51,651 nucleotides of DNA, from positions 1 through 51,651 of IMG/VR virus record IMGVR_UViG_3300030330_003470; one strand, written 5' to 3'. The DNA is from a virus (taxonomy: Duplodnaviria; Caudoviricetes). Positions within the stretch are counted from its first letter, which is position 1, and every line of letters begins with the position of its first letter. Position numbers and translations under genes: made by a program. The notes below the pieces were generated by a model. That model was not told the DNA's origin and ran no database searches. It was given only the letters and a program-made list of their open reading frames with translations. Shown piece by piece: positions 10,644 through 20,119 of this stretch.

Positions 10644-12311
10644 TTAGGTTTCGTAACAGGTTGCAGTTGCTGCTGTTGAGCTACAAGATACAAAAGCAGT
10701 TAAGCCTTCTAATGATGCATAGAAACCTCCTAAATCTGTTTCTTCTCCTGCATCTAAGTCAAAAGGCCATGTATAATCTGATCCACTAAAATCAGTTTCT
10801 GCAACAAGGTTGTTGACACCAGCTGCTGGAAGATTATGAATATCTGTTGCAGGATTAATATAATTAGGAACACTTTCTCCACTTCTAATATTTGAAGTAA
10901 TATATCTTAAAGGAGATGCTCCTCTAAATATCAGACCTAAACCTGCAGGTAACTCTTGATCTTTTAATGTTGCAAAATACAAAACACCTGTAGACAAAAC
11001 TCCAAGTCTTCCTGCTGCAGATAACATTGTACCTGCACCACCACTAACTGCAATTACTCTACTTAAAACTGCTGGATACGGCATTCTATAAGCACCATCT
11101 AAAGTTTCTGTAGCTGCAAGTACAGATGTTGGAATTACTGAATTTCCTTCATTCCATTTTAATGAACCAGCTGTATCTGTTAAAACACTACCTGGTCCAC
11201 TTGTAGCAGGTGCAACTCTTGCTATTGTTTCATAATCAGCTAGATCCGATAAAGGTTCAGGGGTTGAAGTTGAACTTTGTTTTAAGGGTATAAAAGCCAA
11301 TCCTCTAAAATGAATTACATTACCAATTCTTCTACATTGAGGCATAGTACCATCACTAGCTGCAGCACCACTTACCCAAGAACTAAAACCTTCTAAATCA
11401 ATCCAACCTGTATCTTGCATTTTAGCAGTTAAAAGATTGTCTTCGGTTAATTGAAGATCTACAGTATTAGTTTCTCCCACTGTAATAACTTGAGGACTAG
11501 ATAAAAATGTATATAAGTCACAAAGTACTGACCATATATTAGTAATTGAATTTGCAACTGTAGACGGATCAGCCTCCCATGCAGGATATGCTACACCGTA
11601 AGTTATAGCTGAATTAGAAATAGTACTTGAAGTTTCTGTTATACAAGGCTCTTGTGTACCAATAGCATTTGTTAAATCAGTTGCACTTCCTGTAACTGCA
11701 TAAAATCCACACCATACATTATTAATAAATTCTTCAAGTAGTACATCTATATTTTGAGTTGTACCACTTAATAAACTTCCTATTTGACAATTAATTGTAA
11801 ATGAAGGAACTGTAAATGTAGGAACAGGCGCTTCTTCTAAAGCTGTAATTCTAATCAATATGTCAGTAATTTGACTATTAATTAAACTTATGTCCGTAAT
11901 AATACTACAAATTCTTTCTCCAATTAACTGAACATAATCTACTAGTTCCATAGTAGTTTGAGTACCTGTTACAAAACAATCTGCAACAGAAACAACACAA
12001 CTTGGACAATCTATAGTATCTATTTTAGTAGCTGGAATACCTTCAAGTTCACAAATCTTAGTAATTAAGAATTGAATTAAAGCTTGAAAGTCTTCTGGTC
12101 CACATGCCTGTAAATTAAAACATGTAAGATCATAATTAGAAACTTTAAGTGTATCTAAGATAGTACAAAGCTCTGTAGCCATTGCTGCCACAACATCTGA
12201 TATAGTATCTCCAGTGCATAAATTAAGGCAAGAAATATCGGGTCCCTGCCAAACTACACAGTTTGAAGAGATAGGACTACACGGACTATTATCTAAATTT
12301 AAAGGTTTCAT
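10644..12311 (-). CDS. Fibre-like structural protein, 555 aa
   Basis: N-terminal CVVWQGPDISC related to the neighbouring gene, a coiled coil, and C-terminal DTGWIDL...QCRRIGNVIHFRG typical of phage fibre tip domains. Confidence 0.65.
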   Translation of the reverse strand: MKPLNLDNSPCSPISSNCVVWQGPDISCLNLCTGDTISDVVAAMATELCTILDTLKVSNYDLTCFNLQACGPEDFQALIQFLITKICELEGIPATKIDTIDCPSCVVSVADCFVTGTQTTMELVDYVQLIGERICSIITDISLINSQITDILIRITALEEAPVPTFTVPSFTINCQIGSLLSGTTQNIDVLLEEFINNVWCGFYAVTGSATDLTNAIGTQEPCITETSSTISNSAITYGVAYPAWEADPSTVANSITNIWSVLCDLYTFLSSPQVITVGETNTVDLQLTEDNLLTAKMQDTGWIDLEGFSSWVSGAAASDGTMPQCRRIGNVIHFRGLAFIPLKQSSTSTPEPLSDLADYETIARVAPATSGPGSVLTDTAGSLKWNEGNSVIPTSVLAATETLDGAYRMPYPAVLSRVIAVSGGAGTMLSAAGRLGVLSTGVLYFATLKDQELPAGLGLIFRGASPLRYITSNIRSGESVPNYINPATDIHNLPAAGVNNLVAETDFSGSDYTWPFDLDAGEETDLGGFYASLEGLTAFVSCSSTAATATCYET

Positions 12312-12343
12312 ACTTTCTATTATTTATAATATACAAATTTTTA

Positions 12344-14848
12344 TTAAGAATTGCAAGAGCTAGAACCATCAGTTGTATTACAACAATCGTTTATTATATC
12401 ACATATATAATCAGGATCTGTTAAAGCCTGCAATTCAATTAATTCTTTTTTAATTAACCATTTTTCATCTTCTTCAGGACAGCAATTAGATATACCATAT
12501 CTTAATTCAAGTGCTTGTTTATAAGCTATCTCTGCAAACTTACAAGTAATCTTGTCATATTTTTCAGCAGAGCATATTGGAGTATTGTATCCTGGTTTTA
12601 CTTTTCTATCATTAGGAAAGTATTGTGTACAAAATGCACTTTTAGGTAAACCCTTTTCTTCAAATACTGTACAATCTCCATAATAGTTAAATACACCTTT
12701 TTGTTTAGGATCTATCCATCTTTGAACACAGTATCTTAAAGAAGTTTCTCCAGATCTTATTACATCAGTAACTTGAGTATCTCCATTTACATCTATATAA
12801 GAAAATGCTTGGTCTGTTACATCTGAGTTAAATACTGTAGAACATCTTGGTGTTACAGTTCCGCAAGTAATACAATCAACAAAAGAAGCTGTTACAGTAA
12901 CATTTTGAGAAGCTGCAGGTTCAGCATCTTCTGTATATAAAGATACTGTATAACAACCATCACAACCTTCTATTGTAACAGTTTGTCCAACATATGCAGA
13001 TAAGTCACTTCCTGTAATTATAGTAGGAAATGTACTTAATTCATCACAATCATCTAATTGATAATATGTTGTAAGACATGATGTACAATCTGTATAAGGT
13101 ATTATATTATTTATAACAGTTGTGCTTGGTGGTTGATAGTCAATTTGTTCAACTGTCCAGCAATCACAATCATCTTTTATAACTTTTCCTACATATGCAG
13201 ATAAATCTTGTGTAGTATAAACTACTTCATTTATCTTTTCACAATTTGTAAGCTTATATGCTATTGTGCCAATACATTCTGAACAACTTCTATAATCTTG
13301 AATAACAGTTACATCTACTGCACAATCACATTGATCCTCACATAAAGTAGTAGCAATTGATACAATAGGTTCTCCATCTGGACCTACACCTTTTATCCAT
13401 ATAGTATCATCAGCAGTTGGACATCCTACTATCCCACTAGCAATAGATCCCAACTCTGTACCACTTCCTATAGTAGCTGTAATAGCCCATCCTCCTGGAA
13501 ATGCTGTAGCCCATATATAATAAGTTAAATCTCCAAATGTAAAGCTATATACTTTTTGCCCATTATATATTGAAACAGCTTTAGCTTCATAAACATCGCC
13601 ATTTATTTCAATAAGAATGCATTGACATGTAGCTTCCTCTACTGTCCAACATCCATCATAATTACTTAATACAACTATTTCACCTGAGCTTACATATTGT
13701 GATAAACTTTGAGTAGTTGATGTAATCATAGGAGTTTGTGATGGATATTCATCTGGATCACAATTAATCAGTACAAAACACTTATCTGTACACTCTCCAT
13801 CTACACAAGGTGTGCCTGTAGTTAATGTATAAGATTGTCCAGGTAACTCTTTTATTATTGGAGGCGATTGAGCACAAAACTTAGCTGGTGGATAAGTAAC
13901 TTGACCATTACCATCACAATCAATATAGTTTATACTTCCTGCAATACCTGTTACTTCATAACAAATACATGGACAAGGATCTGTAGCTATACCTGTAACT
14001 ACTAATGTAGTATCAGGATTTGCACAAAACACTTCATTTATTTCTACTAAAAATGTGCCTGTATATCCATCTAATGTTACATATTGACCAACATATGCAG
14101 AAAAATCTAATGTTGTTTCTATAATTGTACCATCACAATCTGTAAGTACATAACATATACTGTCACATGGTTCACATAATACATCTGGATCAGGTGGTGG
14201 AGCACCAGGATCATTTTGACAAAAATCTTTATCAATAAATGCCATTTGAGAAACAAATGGTGGATAATCTAAAAGCTGCCATTCAGCTAATGTAATTTCA
14301 GAAGTAGGATCATCAACAGTATTTGCACTAAATCTATAACAATGATTTACTAATAGCTGATTACCTAAACCAGGTGGTAAAGGTGGTTGACCAGGAATTG
14401 AATAGTTTGTAAATTTCCAAACTCCTGGATATAAGTTTATACTAAATTGAGGTATAGAAGGATAATTAGGAAATCCTTGACCTTTAAAAAACACTGCAGG
14501 TCCGCCACAACATGGTTCAGCTTTTAAGTAATAATTGCTAGAATTACAATCAGGACATGTTGGAGCAGATAAACAATCATTAAAAGTACCTAATGATTCT
14601 ACAGATAAACCTGCACTATCTACAGTTGGGTATGTAGTAGAAAGTTGTGTTCCTCGAAACTTAACTATATAACATTTAGTTTGTTCAAGTATAAAAGAAA
14701 GTTGATTATTAGGTCCATATGTAAATGATGTAGTGGGTAAAGTCCATGAGTATACACCATCTGCTAAAACTCCACCTGTTATGTTTACTATAGCACTCTG
14801 ACCATTACAACAGTCCTTTATCTCATAATATGGTATTCCTACAGACAT
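12344..14848 (-). CDS. Cysteine-rich repeat structural protein, 834 aa
   Basis: Long ORF in the tail module with repeated YxLxxC...DLSAYVG...CWTV modules. Confidence 0.6.
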   Translation of the reverse strand: MSVGIPYYEIKDCCNGQSAIVNITGGVLADGVYSWTLPTTSFTYGPNNQLSFILEQTKCYIVKFRGTQLSTTYPTVDSAGLSVESLGTFNDCLSAPTCPDCNSSNYYLKAEPCCGGPAVFFKGQGFPNYPSIPQFSINLYPGVWKFTNYSIPGQPPLPPGLGNQLLVNHCYRFSANTVDDPTSEITLAEWQLLDYPPFVSQMAFIDKDFCQNDPGAPPPDPDVLCEPCDSICYVLTDCDGTIIETTLDFSAYVGQYVTLDGYTGTFLVEINEVFCANPDTTLVVTGIATDPCPCICYEVTGIAGSINYIDCDGNGQVTYPPAKFCAQSPPIIKELPGQSYTLTTGTPCVDGECTDKCFVLINCDPDEYPSQTPMITSTTQSLSQYVSSGEIVVLSNYDGCWTVEEATCQCILIEINGDVYEAKAVSIYNGQKVYSFTFGDLTYYIWATAFPGGWAITATIGSGTELGSIASGIVGCPTADDTIWIKGVGPDGEPIVSIATTLCEDQCDCAVDVTVIQDYRSCSECIGTIAYKLTNCEKINEVVYTTQDLSAYVGKVIKDDCDCWTVEQIDYQPPSTTVINNIIPYTDCTSCLTTYYQLDDCDELSTFPTIITGSDLSAYVGQTVTIEGCDGCYTVSLYTEDAEPAASQNVTVTASFVDCITCGTVTPRCSTVFNSDVTDQAFSYIDVNGDTQVTDVIRSGETSLRYCVQRWIDPKQKGVFNYYGDCTVFEEKGLPKSAFCTQYFPNDRKVKPGYNTPICSAEKYDKITCKFAEIAYKQALELRYGISNCCPEEDEKWLIKKELIELQALTDPDYICDIINDCCNTTDGSSSCNS

Positions 14849-14863
14849 GTTACTTTATAAATT

Positions 14864-15004
14864 TTATACTTTATTTTTCTTTAATTTAGCTTCATAAGCT
14901 ACGATACAACTGCTACATACTGCTTTACCATCTGATGCTGTTCTTCTTTGACATCCACATGATAATTGTCTTCCACAGTTTGGACATTTTGAGCCTGCTG
15001 CCAT
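14864..15004 (-). CDS. Small Cys-rich protein, 46 aa (possible Zn-binding)
   Basis: Below the ORF-track cutoff. Translates to MAAGSKCPNCGRQLSCGCQRRTASDGKAVCSSCIVAYEAKLKKNKV, fills the intergenic gap and has an A-rich leader. Confidence 0.75.
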   Translation of the reverse strand: MAAGSKCPNCGRQLSCGCQRRTASDGKAVCSSCIVAYEAKLKKNKV

Positions 15005-15024
15005 AATTTGTTGGTTTTATTTAT

Positions 15025-15567
15025 TTAACAATTTCTACAATCTAATTTATTTAAAAGTTTTAATGCATAATTATACAGCGTCATTCCTGCCTGAGCCTCA
15101 TGACATGTTTCTACTTTTGCTTTTGCTGCTTCTAAATACATTTTAATAAGTCTAAGGTGATTAAGTTTATCTTTTATCTTAGCAGGAGGATCACAATCTG
15201 CTACATCTATATCACATAAAATCTTTTGATACAAGCTCATTGCCTGAGTCATCCTTAAATGATTATACTCAACGTAAACCACTTTATTAGGGTCTACAAT
15301 ATATTTTACTACATATATTCCATCTGGTAAATTCACATATGATTGACCACAGTTTTTTGTTTGCAAACCTAAATCACATGCAGTTAGTGTGCAAGATGAT
15401 TCTGGTTGAAAATGTACTTCTGCAGCACTAGAATACCCTGGAACTGTAATTTGAAGTTTTGGTTCAAAAATAGCAACTTGTGCAGAATAAACACTTGTAT
15501 CAAAAATTTTTAAAACACAAGCATTTCCTACAGAAGGTATTTCCAAACTTAATACATGATTTGCCAT
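15025..15567 (-). CDS. Structural protein (tail hub/vertex-like), ~180 aa
   Basis: Start moved from 15603 to MANHVLSLE because the longer start lies inside a terminator. Contains an LPDGIYVVKY motif. Confidence 0.55.
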   Translation of the reverse strand: MANHVLSLEIPSVGNACVLKIFDTSVYSAQVAIFEPKLQITVPGYSSAAEVHFQPESSCTLTACDLGLQTKNCGQSYVNLPDGIYVVKYIVDPNKVVYVEYNHLRMTQAMSLYQKILCDIDVADCDPPAKIKDKLNHLRLIKMYLEAAKAKVETCHEAQAGMTLYNYALKLLNKLDCRNC

Positions 15568-15579
15568 ATTAGATAAAAT

Positions 15580-15618
15580 AAAAAAAGGGAGAGGAGAAAA
15601 CAACTCTCACTCTCCCTT
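15580..15618 (-). terminator. Intrinsic terminator after the 467-aa gene
   Basis: Minus strand aagggagagtgaga...tctcctctccc followed by a T run. Confidence 0.8.
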
Positions 15619-15637
15619 ATATGAGTAATTAATTATA

Positions 15638-17041
15638 TTATACTGTTACAACAATTGATGCAGCAGCACATGGAACACCTGCCTCAGCAAGTTGCTCAAT
15701 ACAGTCTGCATTACCAGCAGCAGTTAATACATCTTCGATGTCAGCTTTAAGCGCAGCAATATCAGCTTTACCAGCAACAGTTGATGGTGCAGCAATCTCA
15801 AGCAAGTATTGATCATTATCAAATGTACCTGTTGGATTGTTGTATCTTGGAATGCTATGTAAAATCATTAATCTGTCATATAATGCAGTTCTATCTACTT
15901 GACCAGCACCAGTACCTAACATATCATTTCCTTGAGTAATCTCACGGATTCTAAGATCAGTTGCAAAAGGAACTTGTCTGTAAGATTCAGATAAGATGAA
16001 GTCTCTTGCTAGAGTCTCACCAAGTCCTTGTGGTTTTCTACCTTTACACTCATGCTCAATACATATTCCTGTAAACTCACATGGATCACCATTTAAATCT
16101 ACTTCAGAAGCAAATAATCTTAATGGCTCAGTTCCATAGAAATCTGAAGGTTGGAAAGTACAATCTCCAAACTTAGTTTCTTCATAAGCACCAACTAGTG
16201 TTAAACCTGCACAATCTCCAGCAGCAAATGCTGATGTAAATGTATCCCAAGTAGCAGCAGTAACCGCACCAGCTTGACCAGTGAAAGCTTGAGCTGCAGC
16301 AGCACCAGCAGCCATAACAGCAGCAGATGTACCAGGTGGATAATAAAGTGCATCTACTTCACCAGCAGCAACTGAAGCTGCAGCAGCTACAGTAACAACA
16401 GGTATAATAAATGGAGCTGAGTTAGAGTTACCATTTGGTCCTCTACCTGTAAGGATAACACTCTCGTGAATTCCTTCTGCCCAAGCAATCATTACAATTG
16501 CTGGATCAACAGGTGTAGGAGCAACAGCTCCTGCTGGACAGCATCCTGTATAAGCACTAATTTCTTGATATGCTTGATGATTTAACATTCTTAATGCAGG
16601 AGAACCCTTTACATCTACTCTTAAGTGATAAGTTTCATCACATAAAAAAGTTGGGCAGCAGTTAGCATTACCAACAGTAAATGGTGTAGTACCAATGTGT
16701 AAGATAGACTGTTGAGCAACATTTGCTTCAGCTACCCACATTTTGGTAACAAACTTAGGATTGATTCCTTTTGATTTAATTGATTCTGTATATCCACCGT
16801 GAAAAGGTCCAACTTTGTCATCTGCATAAGGAGCACCTGATGCAATAACAAATTGACACTTTGAATTAGTAGCACCACCAGTAACATCTAGAGGAGCCCA
16901 TGATTTAGCATCATACAAAGATAATTGCCCTGAAGTTAGTGCACCACTAGCAGCAGAAGCAGGTCCTGGAACAGGTGAAACAGGAGCAACATAGTCAGAC
17001 ATTATAAACGTCTTTCTAAAAGCGTGATTAAAATAAGCCAT
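15638..17041 (-). CDS. Abundant structural protein (auxiliary capsid-like), 467 aa
   Basis: Ala/Gly-rich, has its own promoter motif and terminator, and lies downstream of the capsid gene in crAss-like order. Confidence 0.55.
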   Translation of the reverse strand: MAYFNHAFRKTFIMSDYVAPVSPVPGPASAASGALTSGQLSLYDAKSWAPLDVTGGATNSKCQFVIASGAPYADDKVGPFHGGYTESIKSKGINPKFVTKMWVAEANVAQQSILHIGTTPFTVGNANCCPTFLCDETYHLRVDVKGSPALRMLNHQAYQEISAYTGCCPAGAVAPTPVDPAIVMIAWAEGIHESVILTGRGPNGNSNSAPFIIPVVTVAAAASVAAGEVDALYYPPGTSAAVMAAGAAAAQAFTGQAGAVTAATWDTFTSAFAAGDCAGLTLVGAYEETKFGDCTFQPSDFYGTEPLRLFASEVDLNGDPCEFTGICIEHECKGRKPQGLGETLARDFILSESYRQVPFATDLRIREITQGNDMLGTGAGQVDRTALYDRLMILHSIPRYNNPTGTFDNDQYLLEIAAPSTVAGKADIAALKADIEDVLTAAGNADCIEQLAEAGVPCAAASIVVTV

Positions 17042-17117
17042 TTTTTTTTGTTTTAAATTTTATAAATAAATAATATACTATAATATAAGAAAAGTTTTTT
17101 AAAAAATCAAATTAAGA

Positions 17118-17816
17118 TTAATTATTTCTTTCAGCGGTTTGAGTACCTCTTGGGTATTGTACTGCAGATTCTATGTCTCCAGCCAATATACTAACAGCTT
17201 CATCAATAATTACTTCAATAATATCATCTTTAAATTCAGATAAAACTTCTGTAGTTGTTTCTATATTAGTATAAGGATCTACACAACCAACCATTTGAAT
17301 TCTTCTTGGTTGTCTATAATAAACTAAATCTGCTTTTGATATTTCAAATTCATCATTAGTATAAACATGTACTTGATTATTAATTAAAGTTGCAAAAGTT
17401 TCTGCCCATTCAAAACTAGGCCTTTTTGCTTTATCTCTAAGTAATTGATTTAAGTTACCTTCTTCTGCAAGATATACTGTCATTCTTCTATCTTTGCAGC
17501 AATCTTGACATGCAAAAACATCTATTCTTTTCCATTGCAAATAATCCTGTGGAACAGATCCAAAAAAATAATCTTTCTTATTTGTCATTGTTAAACCTTC
17601 ATCAGATAACAATACTTGAAGATCATCTTTTCTTCTAGTAGATTGCTCATCACCTTCCTTAACAATGTTAAGACCATGCAGCTGTCTTCTGCACCATTCT
17701 ACCTGTGCCTTATTAAAAGCTTCAATAGCTTGCCAACATTCTATATTATCATAGTCTTGACTATCAAGCTTATTGATCCTTTGTTTTAATTTTATGACTA
17801 TTGCACTATTTAACAT
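17118..17816 (-). CDS. Ring / portal-adjacent connector protein, 232 aa
   Basis: NKLDSQDYDNIECWQAIEAFNKAQ, YYRQPRRI and EFKDDIIEVIIDEAV resemble crAss-like ring proteins. Confidence 0.6.
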   Translation of the reverse strand: MLNSAIVIKLKQRINKLDSQDYDNIECWQAIEAFNKAQVEWCRRQLHGLNIVKEGDEQSTRRKDDLQVLLSDEGLTMTNKKDYFFGSVPQDYLQWKRIDVFACQDCCKDRRMTVYLAEEGNLNQLLRDKAKRPSFEWAETFATLINNQVHVYTNDEFEISKADLVYYRQPRRIQMVGCVDPYTNIETTTEVLSEFKDDIIEVIIDEAVSILAGDIESAVQYPRGTQTAERNN

Positions 17817-18072
17817 TATTTTTTTTATTGTAGTCTTTTTCTATTTCTCTTTCTTCAAGCTTTTCTATCTTTCTATATAATCTATCTGCTTTTCTCTTTC
17901 TACCTTCATCAACAGCTTTCCCATATCTAGTTTTAAGATTTTTAATACGGTCTTTTGGATCTTTTCCAAATACAATGCTGCCACCTTCAAGTTGTGAACC
18001 TACTGCTATGCCCATCTTAGCTCTGCGCATTTCACCAAGAACTTCTAAAGGATTTCTTTTTTTATTTTTCAT
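17806..18072 (-). CDS. Small basic hypothetical protein, 88 aa
   Basis: ORF track; overlaps both neighbours. Confidence 0.6.
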   Translation of the reverse strand: MKNKKRNPLEVLGEMRRAKMGIAVGSQLEGGSIVFGKDPKDRIKNLKTRYGKAVDEGRKRKADRLYRKIEKLEEREIEKDYNKKNNVK

Positions 18073-18278
18073 TTCTTTTTCTTTCTTAGTTTACCTAATG
18101 TAATTGCAAATCTAGCACGTTGAGCAGTCTTACCTTTACCCTTAGCTTTTTCTCTAAGCCAAGACTTTTTAATTCTCTTATTCTTTTTATCATAACCACC
18201 TTGTCTTTTAGCAGTTGCTGTAAGAGAACCTGGCTTTTTAATTGCCTTCTTGATATTTAACTTCTTCTTTTGCGCCAT
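18069..18278 (-). CDS. Small very basic protein, 69 aa
   Basis: IKKAIKKPGSL...KGKTAQRARFAITL, a motif I recall from small proteins of diverse phages. Confidence 0.7.
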   Translation of the reverse strand: MAQKKKLNIKKAIKKPGSLTATAKRQGGYDKKNKRIKKSWLREKAKGKGKTAQRARFAITLGKLRKKKK

Positions 18279-18280
18279 CT

Positions 18281-18346
18281 TTAATAATCCCAGTAGATAA
18301 AAATTTGATCACTTTCTTCTTCTGAGTCTTTAAAAGTTTTATTCAT
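18281..18346 (-). CDS. Possible 21-aa acidic micro-peptide
   Basis: MNKTFKDSEEESDQIFIYWDY fills the gap between the promoter motif at 18350-18357 and the next ATG. Confidence 0.35.
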   Translation of the reverse strand: MNKTFKDSEEESDQIFIYWDY

Positions 18347-18367
18347 ATAGTAATATACAAAAAATCA

Positions 18368-18637
18368 TCAGCATTTCCATCTTCTTCTTGCTTTTCTTAA
18401 ACGGCTGTTTGGATCTTTAGCAGCTTTAGGAAACTTTTTCATTTGACCAAGAGATCTTGCACAATAACTTTTCTTTCTAGCTCCACCACCTGGTTGAGGT
18501 GCTTTTAAGTTAGAGCCAGTTTTTCTATTAATCATTTTACGACCCTTAGCAGTAAGACCACCTTTTTTAGACTTACAACCATTTTTGATTGTACAGCCTT
18601 TCATAGCTCCTTTCTTCTTACTCTTTTTAGCAGGCAT
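18368..18637 (-). CDS. Small basic protein (DUF6321-like), 89 aa
   Basis: GGLTAKGRK...GSNLKAPQP...RKKSYCARSLG...DPNSRLRKARRRWKC. Confidence 0.75.
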   Translation of the reverse strand: MPAKKSKKKGAMKGCTIKNGCKSKKGGLTAKGRKMINRKTGSNLKAPQPGGGARKKSYCARSLGQMKKFPKAAKDPNSRLRKARRRWKC

Positions 18638-18903
18638 TACTTTTTCTTTTTAAGTCTACGCTTATCGTGATTATATCCTTTAGCTTTTAGTTCAAGGTGC
18701 TTTTTCATTGTACCAGCTCTAACAGCTTTACCTGATTTTGAATACATCATGTGAGCTTTAAACTTCTTTTTCTTTGCGGCACCACCTTTTTTATAAACTG
18801 ATGTAGCCATGGGTTTAGCAGCTTTACTTGAAGCGCCTCCCATCATTTTCTTTTTTTTGGGTCTACCTACTTGAGATCCATATGTTCCTTTACCTTGTGG
18901 CAT
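18637..18903 (-). CDS. Small basic protein, 88 aa
   Basis: Start moved to MPQGKGTYGSQVGRPKKKK; the 19128 start overlaps another gene. Contains KMMGG and YKKGG. Confidence 0.7.
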   Translation of the reverse strand: MPQGKGTYGSQVGRPKKKKMMGGASSKAAKPMATSVYKKGGAAKKKKFKAHMMYSKSGKAVRAGTMKKHLELKAKGYNHDKRRLKKKK

Positions 18904-18919
18904 GATTTTAAATTTTAAG

Positions 18920-19192
18920 TTATTTCTTCTTTTTAGTTGTTTTTCTTTTTCTAATAGCACTGGTTCTTCTACCCATGCCAACTCTTTTCTTTTCTGCAAC
19001 AGCTTTAGCTTTTTGAGATTTAGATAAAGATCCCCATGTTCTAGGAGTCTTTTTAGAAACTTTTTTACTAGGTCTACACTTCTTAGTTTTCTTGTTCTTA
19101 GAAGAGCCACAAGGATTTCCTTTTTCATCCTTCCACTTTTCTTTGAACCACCTTTTCAGTGCAAGACCTTTAGCTGTTTTTCTTACTGCCAT
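18920..19192 (-). CDS. Small basic protein, 90 aa (LKRWFKEKW motif)
   Basis: GLALKRWFKEKWKD...PCG...KCRPSKKVSKKTP; coupled to the upstream gene. Confidence 0.75.
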   Translation of the reverse strand: MAVRKTAKGLALKRWFKEKWKDEKGNPCGSSKNKKTKKCRPSKKVSKKTPRTWGSLSKSQKAKAVAEKKRVGMGRRTSAIRKRKTTKKKK

Positions 19193-19398
19193 TATCCTAT
19201 CTTACCTCTACGTTTTCTACATTTAGCAATATATCCACTTGCATAGGCAGATGGAAATACTCTATACTTAGCTTTAGCTTTATGATAGCAAGCATCTTTC
19301 TTAGACTTTTTAGCCTTAGACTTTTTTTTCTTAGATCCTCCTTTTCTGAAATATTCTAAAATTTCACCATCAGTATTAATTCTTCCGTAACCAGGCAT
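19192..19398 (-). CDS. Small basic protein (DUF5872-like), 68 aa
   Basis: KDACYHKAKAKYRVFPSAYASGYIAKCRK. Confidence 0.7.
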   Translation of the reverse strand: MPGYGRINTDGEILEYFRKGGSKKKKSKAKKSKKDACYHKAKAKYRVFPSAYASGYIAKCRKRRGKIG

Positions 19399-19399
19399 C

Positions 19400-19630
19400 T
19401 TATTTTCTTTTAAGGGTTCTCTTTCTAGGTAAAGTTTTCTTAGGTGCAGCAGATGATTTACCAGCTATAGTCTGTAGTTTCTTAACTTCAGCCATAGCAG
19501 CTTTTCTAACATCAGCCATAAGTTTTGCATCCTTTTGGATTTCTTGAGCTCTTTGTAAGGTGCTCATTGCTGATTGCACTTCAAACTCACGCATTTCTTT
19601 TTTATTCATCATGTTAGTAATTTTAAGCAT
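19400..19630 (-). CDS. Small basic hypothetical protein, 76 aa (or 70 aa from a later Met)
   Basis: ORF track; helical with a Lys-rich tail. Confidence 0.65.
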   Translation of the reverse strand: MLKITNMMNKKEMREFEVQSAMSTLQRAQEIQKDAKLMADVRKAAMAEVKKLQTIAGKSSAAPKKTLPRKRTLKRK

Positions 19631-19818
19631 TATCCTTTATAAGTTTTCATGGATTTAATTGCTCCACCACCTCTAAGCATTCTTCCTTGAATGGTTCTAG
19701 GGTTATTAGAATATTTAGGCATTCTTTTGCCGCAACCACAACCACCACCATATTTCATAATAGCATCTGGTCCAGTTGTTCTATTCATATCTTCTTTCAT
19801 TTTACTATAGTAAGCCAT
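19630..19818 (-). CDS. Small basic protein, 62 aa
   Basis: Contains MKYGG and MLRGG; A-rich leader. Confidence 0.65.
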   Translation of the reverse strand: MAYYSKMKEDMNRTTGPDAIMKYGGGCGCGKRMPKYSNNPRTIQGRMLRGGGAIKSMKTYKG

Positions 19819-19837
19819 ATCTTTTATTTTTTAAATG

Positions 19838-20101
19838 TTACATACATCTACCTCCACGTTTTGAGTTTCTTGTAAACTTGACACCACCTCCGTGTCCATA
19901 TTCTGGGACACCACCCATTGCCATGTAACCCATTTTATTTCTTACAGCAGTAGGTAATTTAGATAGTCCTTTATTATCTGAAGGAACTGGTTTTAATGAA
20001 CCACCTGCTTTATAACCTTTCATTTTAGCACCACCTTTTCCGTAACCTTTCATTTTGGAACCTCCTGTTCCATACATCATTTTTTTTCCGTATCCTGGCA
20101 T
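19838..20101 (-). CDS. Gly/Lys/Met-rich repeat protein, 87 aa
   Basis: Five [YM]xxGG units. Confidence 0.7.
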   Translation of the reverse strand: MPGYGKKMMYGTGGSKMKGYGKGGAKMKGYKAGGSLKPVPSDNKGLSKLPTAVRNKMGYMAMGGVPEYGHGGGVKFTRNSKRGGRCM

Positions 20102-20119
20102 AATTTTTATTTTTTAAAT

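Noticed and set aside
18904-19128. N-terminal extension of the 163-aa ORF, or a frameshift fusion with the 90-aa gene
   Set aside because: It overlaps a better-supported gene. The MPQGKG start has its own A-rich leader, and I found no convincing frameshift signal.
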